Shown here piece by piece: positions 51,908 to 60,226 of a DNA stretch of 64,000 bases (positions are counted from its first letter, which is position 1; each line of letters opens with the position of its first letter). The translations under genes and the position numbers were made by a program. Below the pieces are notes generated by a model. The model saw nothing but the letters and a program-made list of their open reading frames with translations, made no database searches and had not been told where the DNA came from. Source of the stretch: Candidatus Wallbacteria bacterium (GTDB lineage: Bacteria > Muiribacteriota > UBA6191 > JACPRK01); NCBI GenBank assembly GCA_016213845.1, contig JACQZN010000082.1, positions 32,431-96,430 of the forward strand, written 5' to 3'.

Positions 51908-53190
51908 TCCGGACCGCGTACGCGGCGCAGCTCGTTTCCATCGGGGTGCACGGGATCGCCCTCCACAAGCTCAGGTCGCTGCTCACGATGCTCGGCATCA
52001 TCTTTGGGGTGGCTGCGGTGATCGCGATGCTGGCGATCGGCGAGGGCGCCCGGCAAGCGACGCTCAGGCAGATCGAGGCGTACGGTGCCGACACGCTCTA
52101 CGTCCGAGCCGCGAAGGTCATCGGGGACCAGCTCCGCGACGCCAAGCGGGCCGGCAGCGCCGGCCTCTCGCTGGCCGATGCCGCGCACCTGCGAGCTGCC
52201 TTCCCGTTCGTACTGGACGTGGCGCCGCAGGCGACCGTCGACGAGAAGGTCGTCTACGCCTCGCGTGAGCCGAAGGCGACGGTGGTCGGCATCGACCCGG
52301 CCTATCACCGCCTGACGAAGCAGCTCCCCGAGGCCGGCCGGCTGCTCTCTCAGTCCGACGTCGACGGCGCCCGGCGGGTGGCCGTACTTGGCCCCTCGGT
52401 GGCTCGCGCGCTGTTCCTGCATGAGCGGCCGCTGGGCCGGGCAGTGCGAATCGGCGCCGATCAGTTCGAAGTCGTCGGGGTGCTCGCCGGCCGCGCGGGC
52501 GCCGGCCCAGCGGCCGCCGAGGGCGGCGTGCAAATCCGCACGCGCGAGGTGGCTCGGGACGTCTACATCCCCATCACCGCCGCGCTGGAGGCCTTTCCGC
52601 GCATCCGGGACGCGGCCGACTCCGAGAAGGACCCGACCTACCACCGCGTTCGCGAGATGATCGTGCGCGTCGGCGGCACCGAGCTGCTGGAGCCCGCGCG
52701 CAGGGCCGTCACGAAGTCCCTGAGCCGGCGCCACCGGGGCCGCCAGGACTTCGAGGTGATCGTGCCGCTCGAGATCCTGGAACAGAGTCGAAAGACCCAG
52801 GACATCTTCAACCTCGTGATGGCCCTCATCGCCAGCCTCTCCCTGCTGGTCGGCGGGATCGGCATCATGAACATCATGCTGGCCAGCGTCACCGAGCGCA
52901 CGCGCGAGATCGGCATCCGACGCTCCCTGGGCGCCAGCCAGCAAGACATCATGGGGCAGTTTCTCGTGGAGGCCACGCTCATCAGCGCGGCCGGGGGACT
53001 GCTCGGCATCCTGGGCGGGTTCGCCATCTCACAGTCCGTGCACCTGGCGCTCGGCTGGGAGACCCGCATCACGCCGCTGTCGATCGTGCTTGCGGCGGGA
53101 GTCTCGTGCGCCGTCGGGCTGATCTTCGGCTTCTTTCCCGCGCGCCACGCCGCCCGGATGGACCCGATCACGGCGCTGAGGTACGAATGA
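51904..53190 (+). CDS. MacB/FtsX-type ABC permease
   Basis: RSLLTMLGIIFGVAAVI, GGIGIMNIMLASVTERTREIGIR and MDPITALRYE. Confidence 0.95.
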   Translation: MIRTAYAAQLVSIGVHGIALHKLRSLLTMLGIIFGVAAVIAMLAIGEGARQATLRQIEAYGADTLYVRAAKVIGDQLRDAKRAGSAGLSLADAAHLRAAFPFVLDVAPQATVDEKVVYASREPKATVVGIDPAYHRLTKQLPEAGRLLSQSDVDGARRVAVLGPSVARALFLHERPLGRAVRIGADQFEVVGVLAGRAGAGPAAAEGGVQIRTREVARDVYIPITAALEAFPRIRDAADSEKDPTYHRVREMIVRVGGTELLEPARRAVTKSLSRRHRGRQDFEVIVPLEILEQSRKTQDIFNLVMALIASLSLLVGGIGIMNIMLASVTERTREIGIRRSLGASQQDIMGQFLVEATLISAAGGLLGILGGFAISQSVHLALGWETRITPLSIVLAAGVSCAVGLIFGFFPARHAARMDPITALRYE

Positions 53191-54509
53191 TGAACAAAGC
53201 TCGAACGGTCCGTACCACGCTGGCACTCCTGCTGCCGCTGGCCATAGCGCCCATTGCCGCGCGGGCCGAGACACTTGCGCAGTGCCTGACGACGGGCATC
53301 AAGGAGGGCCGGACCGCGCGTGGCCTCGGGGAGGAGCTGGGCCGCCAGCGCGCCGCCCTCGGAAGCGCGCGCTCGGAGTTCGATCCGCGTTTCACGGTCA
53401 GCCGGGACACCACCGACCGCAGCGTGATGCAGGTCTCCGACCGCTTCGCCAGCCAGACGGCCGTCAACGCCACGGTCACCGAGGACGGCTCGGGGGGGCG
53501 CTCCGAGCTGGTGAATCTCTCGCAGTCGCTCTTCGTCCACAACGCCATCGAGCTGGTCCGGGCCCGCGCGGCGTGGGCCATCGCGCAGCTCGAGTACGAG
53601 CTTGGCCTCGAGGAGTACAAGTTCTCGGTGGTGCGCAAGTTCTACGACGCCCTGCGGAGCCGGGAACGAGTCAAGACGCTCGAGGAGTCGGTGGAGCGAT
53701 GGAGTCGGGCACTCACCTTCGCCGAGGTGAAGTTCAAGCTCGGCGCTTCGAGCAAGATCGACGTGCTCAACACGCGCGTCAACCAGGGCAACGCGCAGAC
53801 GGCGCTCCTGGCAGAGCAGCAAGCCCTGGCCGGAGCCGCAGACGAGCTGGCCGATCTCATAGGCGTCGAGATGACGCGGGGCCTGACGCTGGAAGAGCCG
53901 ATCGACTTCTCCAAGGTGTCGACGGCGCCGGCCGGCTGGGAGCGCCGGGAGACCCGGATAGCCCGGGTCCGGCTGGACCTGGCGCGCGCCAATCTCCGCG
54001 ACGCTCGCCAGCGCTCCCGGCCCGACATCCGCCTGGACACCAGCTACCGCAGCTTCGCCAACAGCGCCTTCGTGCTGAACAACGTGGTGGTCCGCCCGTC
54101 CGACTCGGAGATCGTCGGCGCCGTCACGTACAACTTCCAGCTGGGCAAGCGCTCGGCCGATTTCGATCTCGACCGGCTCAAGCACGACCTGGAGAGCGCC
54201 CGCCTGGCGCTGGAGCAGCGGCAAGTCACCGTGGAGCGTGAGAAACGGGACATCCTGAGGTCGCTGGCGCTCAAGGAGCGGGCGATCGCCACAGCGCGGG
54301 AGAGCCTCGACATGGCGCGCGAGAGCTACGAGTTCAGTCTCGACGCCTTCCAGAAGGGCATCCTGAGCAGCCTCGATCTGCGCGATTCGCAGGACAAGCT
54401 GACGCAGGCGCGAGACAGCTACACGTCGCTGCTCATCGACTACAAGGTCGCGGGGCAGCAGTTCGTGAAGGTGATGGGCGGGACGCTCGGGGAGGCGCCG
54501 GCGAAGTGA
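53187..54509 (+). CDS. TolC-family outer-membrane protein
   Basis: Signal peptide; OEP repeats KFKLGASSKIDVL and FQKGILSSLDL; ATGA coupling. Confidence 0.85.
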   Translation: MMNKARTVRTTLALLLPLAIAPIAARAETLAQCLTTGIKEGRTARGLGEELGRQRAALGSARSEFDPRFTVSRDTTDRSVMQVSDRFASQTAVNATVTEDGSGGRSELVNLSQSLFVHNAIELVRARAAWAIAQLEYELGLEEYKFSVVRKFYDALRSRERVKTLEESVERWSRALTFAEVKFKLGASSKIDVLNTRVNQGNAQTALLAEQQALAGAADELADLIGVEMTRGLTLEEPIDFSKVSTAPAGWERRETRIARVRLDLARANLRDARQRSRPDIRLDTSYRSFANSAFVLNNVVVRPSDSEIVGAVTYNFQLGKRSADFDLDRLKHDLESARLALEQRQVTVEREKRDILRSLALKERAIATARESLDMARESYEFSLDAFQKGILSSLDLRDSQDKLTQARDSYTSLLIDYKVAGQQFVKVMGGTLGEAPAK

Positions 54510-55921
54510 AACAGTGGCTCCTTTGGCTCTTCATCGCGGCCGTCCTTGGCGGTGTGGCGCTCGCCTGGAAGCGCCCGCAGGCGGCCCCCGCACCGCTCGC
54601 GGCACTCGGCTTCGAGCCGGCCGCGGGTGACCACGTGCTCCAGGTCGAAGCCGACGGCCTTGTCGCCTCCGAGGTCGAGCAGGACGTCGTCGTGCCTCCC
54701 GGGCTGGCCCAGCCGACCATCGAGTCGCTGGTCGACCAGGGGACAGAGGTGAAGAAAGGGGCCGTGGTGGCGACGCTGTCGACCTACGAGGCTCGGCTGC
54801 AGTTGATCTCGGCACGGGCGGCCCTGTCGGGTAAGCGGGCGGAGCTTGCGAAGCAGCAGCGCGAGGATGCCGTGAAAGTGGCCGAGCTGGCAGACACCCT
54901 CCGCCAGAAGCAGGCCAGGCTCGAGGCCGCCCGGGTCCTGGCCGGGCTGGCGAGCAAGGGGCCTGACCCATTGCAGGTGGAGAAGCTCGAGCTACGGCTG
55001 CGCTCGGCGCGGCGCGAGCTGTCGGACCTGGAGCGCAAGGCCGGCGTGCAGGCCGCGTTGAAGGGGAGGGGGTTCGCCAGCGGCCTGAAGGCGCGCGAAG
55101 CCTCGGATGCCGCGCAGCGCAAGCGCAAGGAGATCGCCAAGGATGAGAACCTCCTGGCCAAGGAGCGCGAGGGTGCAACAGCCGAGGAGCGTCGAAAGCT
55201 GGCCCTGGCAGTCGAGGCGCTCGTCAATGAGGTGGCGCTGGCCACCAAGGACCTCGAGGAACGCAGCGCCGTGCTCGGGCTGGAGCGCGAGAAGAAGAAG
55301 CTCGAGATTCGCTCAAAGGAGGAGGTGCTGGCCCAGAAGGAGCGCGCCATCGCCAGCGCGCGGTTGCTGGCGCCGATCGACGGGACCGTGATCCACAAGT
55401 CCAACTTCTGGAGCGACCAGCCCCACCAGGTCGGCAGCCAGGTGTGGGAGGGGGTGGCCATCCTCTCGGTGGCGAAGATGGGGCGCCCCAGGGCGCTGGT
55501 GATGGTCGGTGAACGGGCGATCGATCTCGTCAAGGAAGGACAACCCGCGGTGTTGCGTGTCTCGGCCGAGCCTGGCACGGCGCACCCGGGCAAGGTCCTG
55601 TCCGTCAGCCGGGTCAGCCGCTCACGCGAGGCCTCCGACGCCGCCGGCGCGAAGGACTTCGAGGTGACCGTCGCCTTCGGCGGTGAAGCCCGCCATCTCA
55701 AACCAAATCTGCCGGTGAAAGCCACGATCGAGGTCGGACGGCTCAGGGGAGTCTTCCGTGTGCCCAAGGAAGCGGTGTTCGAGGATCAGAAGTCGCGCGC
55801 GCTCACCGTGCACGCCGCCGGCATCGCCGAGCCGCTGCCCGTCACGGCCTCGGGTGAGGACCAGGACTGGTACTATCTGCAGTCTGGGCTGCCGCCGGGC
55901 GCCAGGCTGACCTTTGAATGA
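54506..55921 (+). CDS. HlyD-family membrane-fusion protein
   Basis: N-terminal TM, QGTEVKKG, long coiled coil, APIDGTV and LKPNL. Confidence 0.85.
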   Translation: MKQWLLWLFIAAVLGGVALAWKRPQAAPAPLAALGFEPAAGDHVLQVEADGLVASEVEQDVVVPPGLAQPTIESLVDQGTEVKKGAVVATLSTYEARLQLISARAALSGKRAELAKQQREDAVKVAELADTLRQKQARLEAARVLAGLASKGPDPLQVEKLELRLRSARRELSDLERKAGVQAALKGRGFASGLKAREASDAAQRKRKEIAKDENLLAKEREGATAEERRKLALAVEALVNEVALATKDLEERSAVLGLEREKKKLEIRSKEEVLAQKERAIASARLLAPIDGTVIHKSNFWSDQPHQVGSQVWEGVAILSVAKMGRPRALVMVGERAIDLVKEGQPAVLRVSAEPGTAHPGKVLSVSRVSRSREASDAAGAKDFEVTVAFGGEARHLKPNLPVKATIEVGRLRGVFRVPKEAVFEDQKSRALTVHAAGIAEPLPVTASGEDQDWYYLQSGLPPGARLTFE

Positions 55922-56017
55922 GGCTCGAGGCTCGAGAAGTGAGGCTCGAGGCTCGAGAAGTGAGGCTTGAGAAGTGAGGCTCGAGGCTCGAGAAGTGAGG
56001 CTCGAGGGGTGAGGCTT
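55920..56017. repeat. 14 tandem heptamers of the GAGGCTC/GAGAAGT family
   Basis: Starts within the stop codon of the preceding gene; same family as 46552-46698 and 59828-59851. Confidence 0.9.
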
Positions 56018-56138
56018 CATCCGGTCTATGACCCACGGCCTGTCCGGCCGCGGCGGCGTGGAGCAGGGGCTCGAGGTCGCGCGTTGAAAAGGGGTCCTCG
56101 AGCACCGCCCACGGATTCTGCCGGAGACCCCTCCCATC

Positions 56139-56155
56139 TTTATGATTTCTTGATG
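56139..56155 (+). promoter_or_regulatory. Candidate OmpR/KdpE-type direct-repeat box upstream of kup
   Basis: TTTATG-N5-TTGATG (11-nt period) in an AT-rich patch about 45 nt before a TACCCT -10 box. Confidence 0.35.
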
Positions 56156-56212
56156 GACTCGGGACCCGTTTTTTCCCGGCATTGAGGCGGGGGAATTGTA
56201 CCCTGATCCCTC

Positions 56213-58126
56213 ATGATCGAAACAGCGAGCGAGGGCACAGCGGACGGACCCCACGGCCATACCCAGGAGCACCCCACCGGCCGGCGTCTGTTCGGGCTCT
56301 GCATGGCTGCGCTAGGTGTCGTCTATGGCGACATCGGTACGAGCCCCCTCTATGCCGTGCGGGAGTGCTTCACCGGCCCCCACAAGGTCGATGTCGTGGC
56401 GTCGAACATCTTGGGCGTGTTGTCGCTCATCTTCTGGGCCCTGGTCCTCGTGGTTACCGTGAAGTATCACGTCTACGTCCTTCGAGCCGACAACCGGGGC
56501 GAGGGTGGGATCATGGCCCTGATGGCCCTCGTCCGGGGCAAGGTAGACGGGCGGGCCAGGACCGCGGTGCTCTGGCTCGGGCTCTTCGGAGCCGCCCTGC
56601 TCTATGCCGACGGCGTCCTCACCCCGGCGATCTCGGTGCTTGGAGCGATCGAGGGACTGGAGGTGCTCAATCCCCTGTTCGGCCAGTACGTCGTGCCGTT
56701 CAGCGTCGTCATCCTGATCGGGCTCTTCTTCTTCCAGAGCCGCGGAACGGCCGGTATTGGTGCCATTTTCGGGCCAGTGATCCTGGTGTGGTTCTCGACC
56801 CTGGCGCTGCTTGGCATCGCGAGCATTTCCCGGCATCCCTCGGTGCTTGCCGCGGTCGACCCTCGCCATGCCTGGCGCTTCTTCGCCGACAACGGGGTCC
56901 CGGGTTTCCTGGTGCTCGGCGCCGTCTTCCTCGTGGCGACTGGCGGAGAAGCGCTTTACGCGGACCTGGGCCACTTTGGTGAGCGTCCCATTCAGCTCGA
57001 CTGGTTCTGCTTGGTCGGACCTTCACTGCTGCTCAACTACTTTGGGCAGGGGGCGTTGTTGCTGTCCGAGCCGCAGGCCGCACAGAACCCGTTCTATCTG
57101 TTGGCTCCGGAGTGGGGCCGCTATCCCTTGCTGGTGCTGGCCACGATGGCCGCCATCATCGCGTCGCAGGCCATCATCTCCGGCGCGTTCTCGGTGACGC
57201 GTCAGGCGGTGCAGCTCGGCTACCTCCCGCGTGTCGCCGTCACTCACACTTCGGAGTCGCAGATCGGCCAGATTTACGTCCCAGCCGTCAACTGGCTGCT
57301 GATGGTGGCGACCATCGGCGTCGTGGTCGGCTTTCGAAGCTCGAGCAATGTGGCATCGGCCTACGGCGTGGCGCTGACCACCACGATGCTGATCACGACG
57401 TTGCTCGCGTTCGTCGTGACTCGACGGCTCTGGGGCTGGAGTCTCTGGCTCGCCGGGACCGTCACCGCGACGTTCATGGTGCTCGACCTGGCCTTCTTCG
57501 GAGCCACGATGGTGAAAGTGTTCGCTGGCGGCTGGTTCCCGCTGGCCGTGGGCGCCGCCATCCTCCTCGTCATGACAACCTGGCAACGCGGGAGGGAGCT
57601 GCTGGCAGAGAGGATCCAGGAGGGCATCGTGCCGCTCGAGGACTTCTTCGAGCTGATGCACGTCGAGCCGACGACCCGCGTTCCGGGGGCCGCCGTCTTC
57701 ATGGCGAGCAACCCCGAGGGGACGCCTCTGGCACTGATGAACAACTTCCTTCACAACCACACGGTCCATGAGCGGGTTGTGCTGCTGACCATCCAGACCG
57801 AGGAAGTGCCCTACGTCGACGAGGAGAAGCGTGTCACGGTGAAACCACTTCGGGACGGCTTCGTCCGCTTCATCGCCCGCTACGGCTTCATGGAGAGTCC
57901 GGACGTGATGGCTCTGCTGAAGCGCCAGGAGACACCGCTGCCCTCCCTCGAGTACACCACCTTCATCCTGGGCCACGAAACGGTGATCGCCGAAGGAGGG
58001 AGCTCGCTGTGGAGCTGGCGAGCAATCCTCTTTGCCTTCCTGTCCCGGAATGCGACCCGGCCCACCGCATACTTCAACATTCCGTCACGGCGCGTTCTGG
58101 AGATCGGCACGCAGATCTCGATCTGA
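56213..58126 (+). CDS. kup: Potassium transporter Kup
   Basis: GVVYGDIGTSPLY, ADNRGEGG, GGEALYADLGHFG, GQIYVPAVN and ARYGFME. Confidence 0.97.
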   Translation: MIETASEGTADGPHGHTQEHPTGRRLFGLCMAALGVVYGDIGTSPLYAVRECFTGPHKVDVVASNILGVLSLIFWALVLVVTVKYHVYVLRADNRGEGGIMALMALVRGKVDGRARTAVLWLGLFGAALLYADGVLTPAISVLGAIEGLEVLNPLFGQYVVPFSVVILIGLFFFQSRGTAGIGAIFGPVILVWFSTLALLGIASISRHPSVLAAVDPRHAWRFFADNGVPGFLVLGAVFLVATGGEALYADLGHFGERPIQLDWFCLVGPSLLLNYFGQGALLLSEPQAAQNPFYLLAPEWGRYPLLVLATMAAIIASQAIISGAFSVTRQAVQLGYLPRVAVTHTSESQIGQIYVPAVNWLLMVATIGVVVGFRSSSNVASAYGVALTTTMLITTLLAFVVTRRLWGWSLWLAGTVTATFMVLDLAFFGATMVKVFAGGWFPLAVGAAILLVMTTWQRGRELLAERIQEGIVPLEDFFELMHVEPTTRVPGAAVFMASNPEGTPLALMNNFLHNHTVHERVVLLTIQTEEVPYVDEEKRVTVKPLRDGFVRFIARYGFMESPDVMALLKRQETPLPSLEYTTFILGHETVIAEGGSSLWSWRAILFAFLSRNATRPTAYFNIPSRRVLEIGTQISI

Positions 58127-58240
58127 AGAGCGAACGGCGCTTGCCGGGTTCCGGTCTATCCTCTGGCGCCCTGTCTCTACTGGCGGCGCCGCGTCCGGCA
58201 CGAACCCTTCCTCGTTCGCGAGCTGGCGGACAGCCGACTC

Positions 58241-58624
58241 GTGGCCCTGTCGGCGGCCACCGGCCTTGCCATGCTCGTGCCGATCTTCGTGCAGGCGCCC
58301 GGGCAGGCCGAGGCGCTGTTCTCGGTGTTTGGCCTGATGCTGGCGGCGGGCGCGATGGCCAGCCTCTTCCTGGTGCTCCGGGGCGAGTACCGGCTGCGGC
58401 GGTTGCTCGCAGGGCCCGCCGAGAACATCGGGGCAGGCGCGCTGATGTTTCGCCCGGGGCAGGGCCTCTGCCCCATCTGTGCCGAGTCCGGAGCCGAGGC
58501 GACGCTTTGCTGCGCGAAGTGCGAGACGGCCTACCACGAAGCCTGCTGGGGCTACGCCGGCCAGTGCGCCGTCTACGGGTGTGGTGGCAAGGAGTCGAAG
58601 GCGGGCACGGGTCCCGTCGCCTGA
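58241..58624 (+). CDS. Membrane protein with C-terminal prokaryotic RING-like zinc finger (start uncertain; possibly 5'-truncated)
   Basis: Two TM segments, then CPIC...CAKCETAYHEACW...QCAVYGC. Confidence 0.7.
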   Translation: MALSAATGLAMLVPIFVQAPGQAEALFSVFGLMLAAGAMASLFLVLRGEYRLRRLLAGPAENIGAGALMFRPGQGLCPICAESGAEATLCCAKCETAYHEACWGYAGQCAVYGCGGKESKAGTGPVA

Positions 58625-58884
58625 GCTGCAAGTGAGCCGGCCCTCATCCGTGAGGTCCAGACGGACACTCGAACCCCGCGAGTCCGCTGGCAGGTGAGCA
58701 CCGACCACTCTTCACCCCGGAAGCCGGCCGACTCGGCAATCGAGCGGAGCGCGACGCAATCACCGTGAATGGTCGCCAAGACATTGGCGACGGCACAGGA
58801 CGACCGACTGCAAGCCGCTCCCCCGGTCGTACCATTGTCCACTTGCAGGGCGGCCTTCTCGATGAAGTTGGAGAGCCGCGCCAA

Positions 58885-59451
58885 GGGCCGCGACGCACCG
58901 GCCTTGGCTGGCCACGAGGGCGAGAGGGCCTCTCGCAGCCCCGTCGCGGGGACCCCGGAACCGGCGAGGATGATCGGGGCGCCGCGCTCGTTGGAGACGC
59001 TCGCGGGGGAAACGGAGACGATCTGCGGGACATCGGCAAGGGCGGTGCCGGAGGGCCCGCTCGGCAGCTCGAAGGTCTAGCCCCGCTGCCCGCCGCTGTC
59101 GTCGTCTCCGCCGAAGCGCAGGGTCTCGGAGCGCACCGTGTCGTAGACCATGGCGTGCGCTTGGAGGGGCGGCGGCGAGGTGCGCGGGGCGCGAAGGGTC
59201 CAGATCGCGCCGTCCCACTCTCGGGTCTCGTCGAGGCGAGCCTGGGACTCGAACACCGCAACGCCGCCGAAGAGCACGGTCTTTCGACGCGCTGCGTCGA
59301 AGGCCATCGCGTGGAGCTTGCGGGCCGGAGGGGAGAGCGGAGGCCACCGCTCGGTCCAGGCGGTCCCGTCCCACTCCCAGGTGTCCCCCGAGATGGCGAA
59401 CTCGCTCACCGCTCCACCGAAAAGGATGACGCGCCCGCGGGCCGCGTCATG
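58885..59451 (-). pseudogene. Remnant of a kelch-repeat + IPT/TIG-domain gene with internal TAG at 59077-59079
   Basis: DAARGRVILFGG..DTWEWDG.W blades, stop, then in frame TFEL...PQIVSVSPASVSNERGAPIILAGSG; no signal peptide or 5' part. Confidence 0.72.
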
Positions 59452-59637
59452 ATTCCTTGACCGATCGCGGCGTCGTCGAAGACGTCGCCGAGCGGCGTCG
59501 CCTGAACGGCCTTGTCGATGAAGTTGGAGAGCCGCGCCGAGGCCCAGGCAAAGCCCTCCAGGAAGAGGCTGAAGCAGGCGGCGTAGCGGATGGGGAGCTG
59601 GGCCGGGTGCAGGTCCCGGCGATCGACATCACGGACT

Positions 59638-59829
59638 GAGGTCGGACGGCCAAGCAGAGTCTTCCGTGTGCCCAAGGAGGCGGTGTTCGACGATCAGAAG
59701 TCACGCGCGCTCACCGTCCACGCCGCCGGCCACTCGGAGCCGCTGCCCGTCACGGACGCGGGTGAGGATCAGGATTGGTACTACCTGCAACCTCCGCTGT
59801 CGCCGGGCACCAGGCTGACCTTTGAATGA
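59638..59829 (+). pseudogene. Diverged duplicate of the last 63 codons and stop of the 54506-55921 MFP gene
   Basis: Colinear with 55730-55921; 23 mismatches in 192 nt by hand count; followed by the same GAGGCTC heptamers. Confidence 0.9.
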
Positions 59830-59895
59830 GGCTCGAGGGGTGAGGCTCGAGAGGCGGGCTTCCGCCACGGCGCGCACCGTAGATTGAGGGGCGAG

Positions 59896-60123
59896 ATGCG
59901 AGCGATTCTGGCTTGGGTTTGTCTCATCGTGGCGGTGCCGTGCTGCGTGATGGCGACGATGCTGGGCGGAATGTGGCTTGTGGAGAACGCCATCGGGGAG
60001 CATCCGGCCAGCGACAGCATGGAGCGCGACGACTGGTCTACGGAGCTGATGCGGGCGACGGGGCCGCTCGGGCTCGTGAGCCTGGCGGCCTGGGCACTCA
60101 TGCGCCGCGAGCGGCCCGGGTAG
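59896..60123 (+). CDS. Small two-TM hypothetical protein
   Basis: GAGG upstream of ATG 59896; two hydrophobic segments and a basic C-terminus. Confidence 0.45.
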   Translation: MRAILAWVCLIVAVPCCVMATMLGGMWLVENAIGEHPASDSMERDDWSTELMRATGPLGLVSLAAWALMRRERPG

Positions 60124-60226
60124 CACGGGTTGCCGAACCGGGGCCGGCCGCGTCATTACATGACCTTGGGCGGCCAGGCCGGGCGCCACTCAGTCCACCC
60201 GCGCCGCTCGTTCGCACCTCCCGATC

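Noticed and set aside
56087..56175. Inverted repeat AAAAGGGGTCC...GGGACCCGTTTTT as IS ends
   Set aside because: Short and imperfect, with no transposase or target duplication.
55730..59829. Diversity-generating retroelement TR/VR pair
   Set aside because: Mismatches are not restricted to adenines in either copy, several are synonymous third-position changes, and there is no reverse transcriptase.
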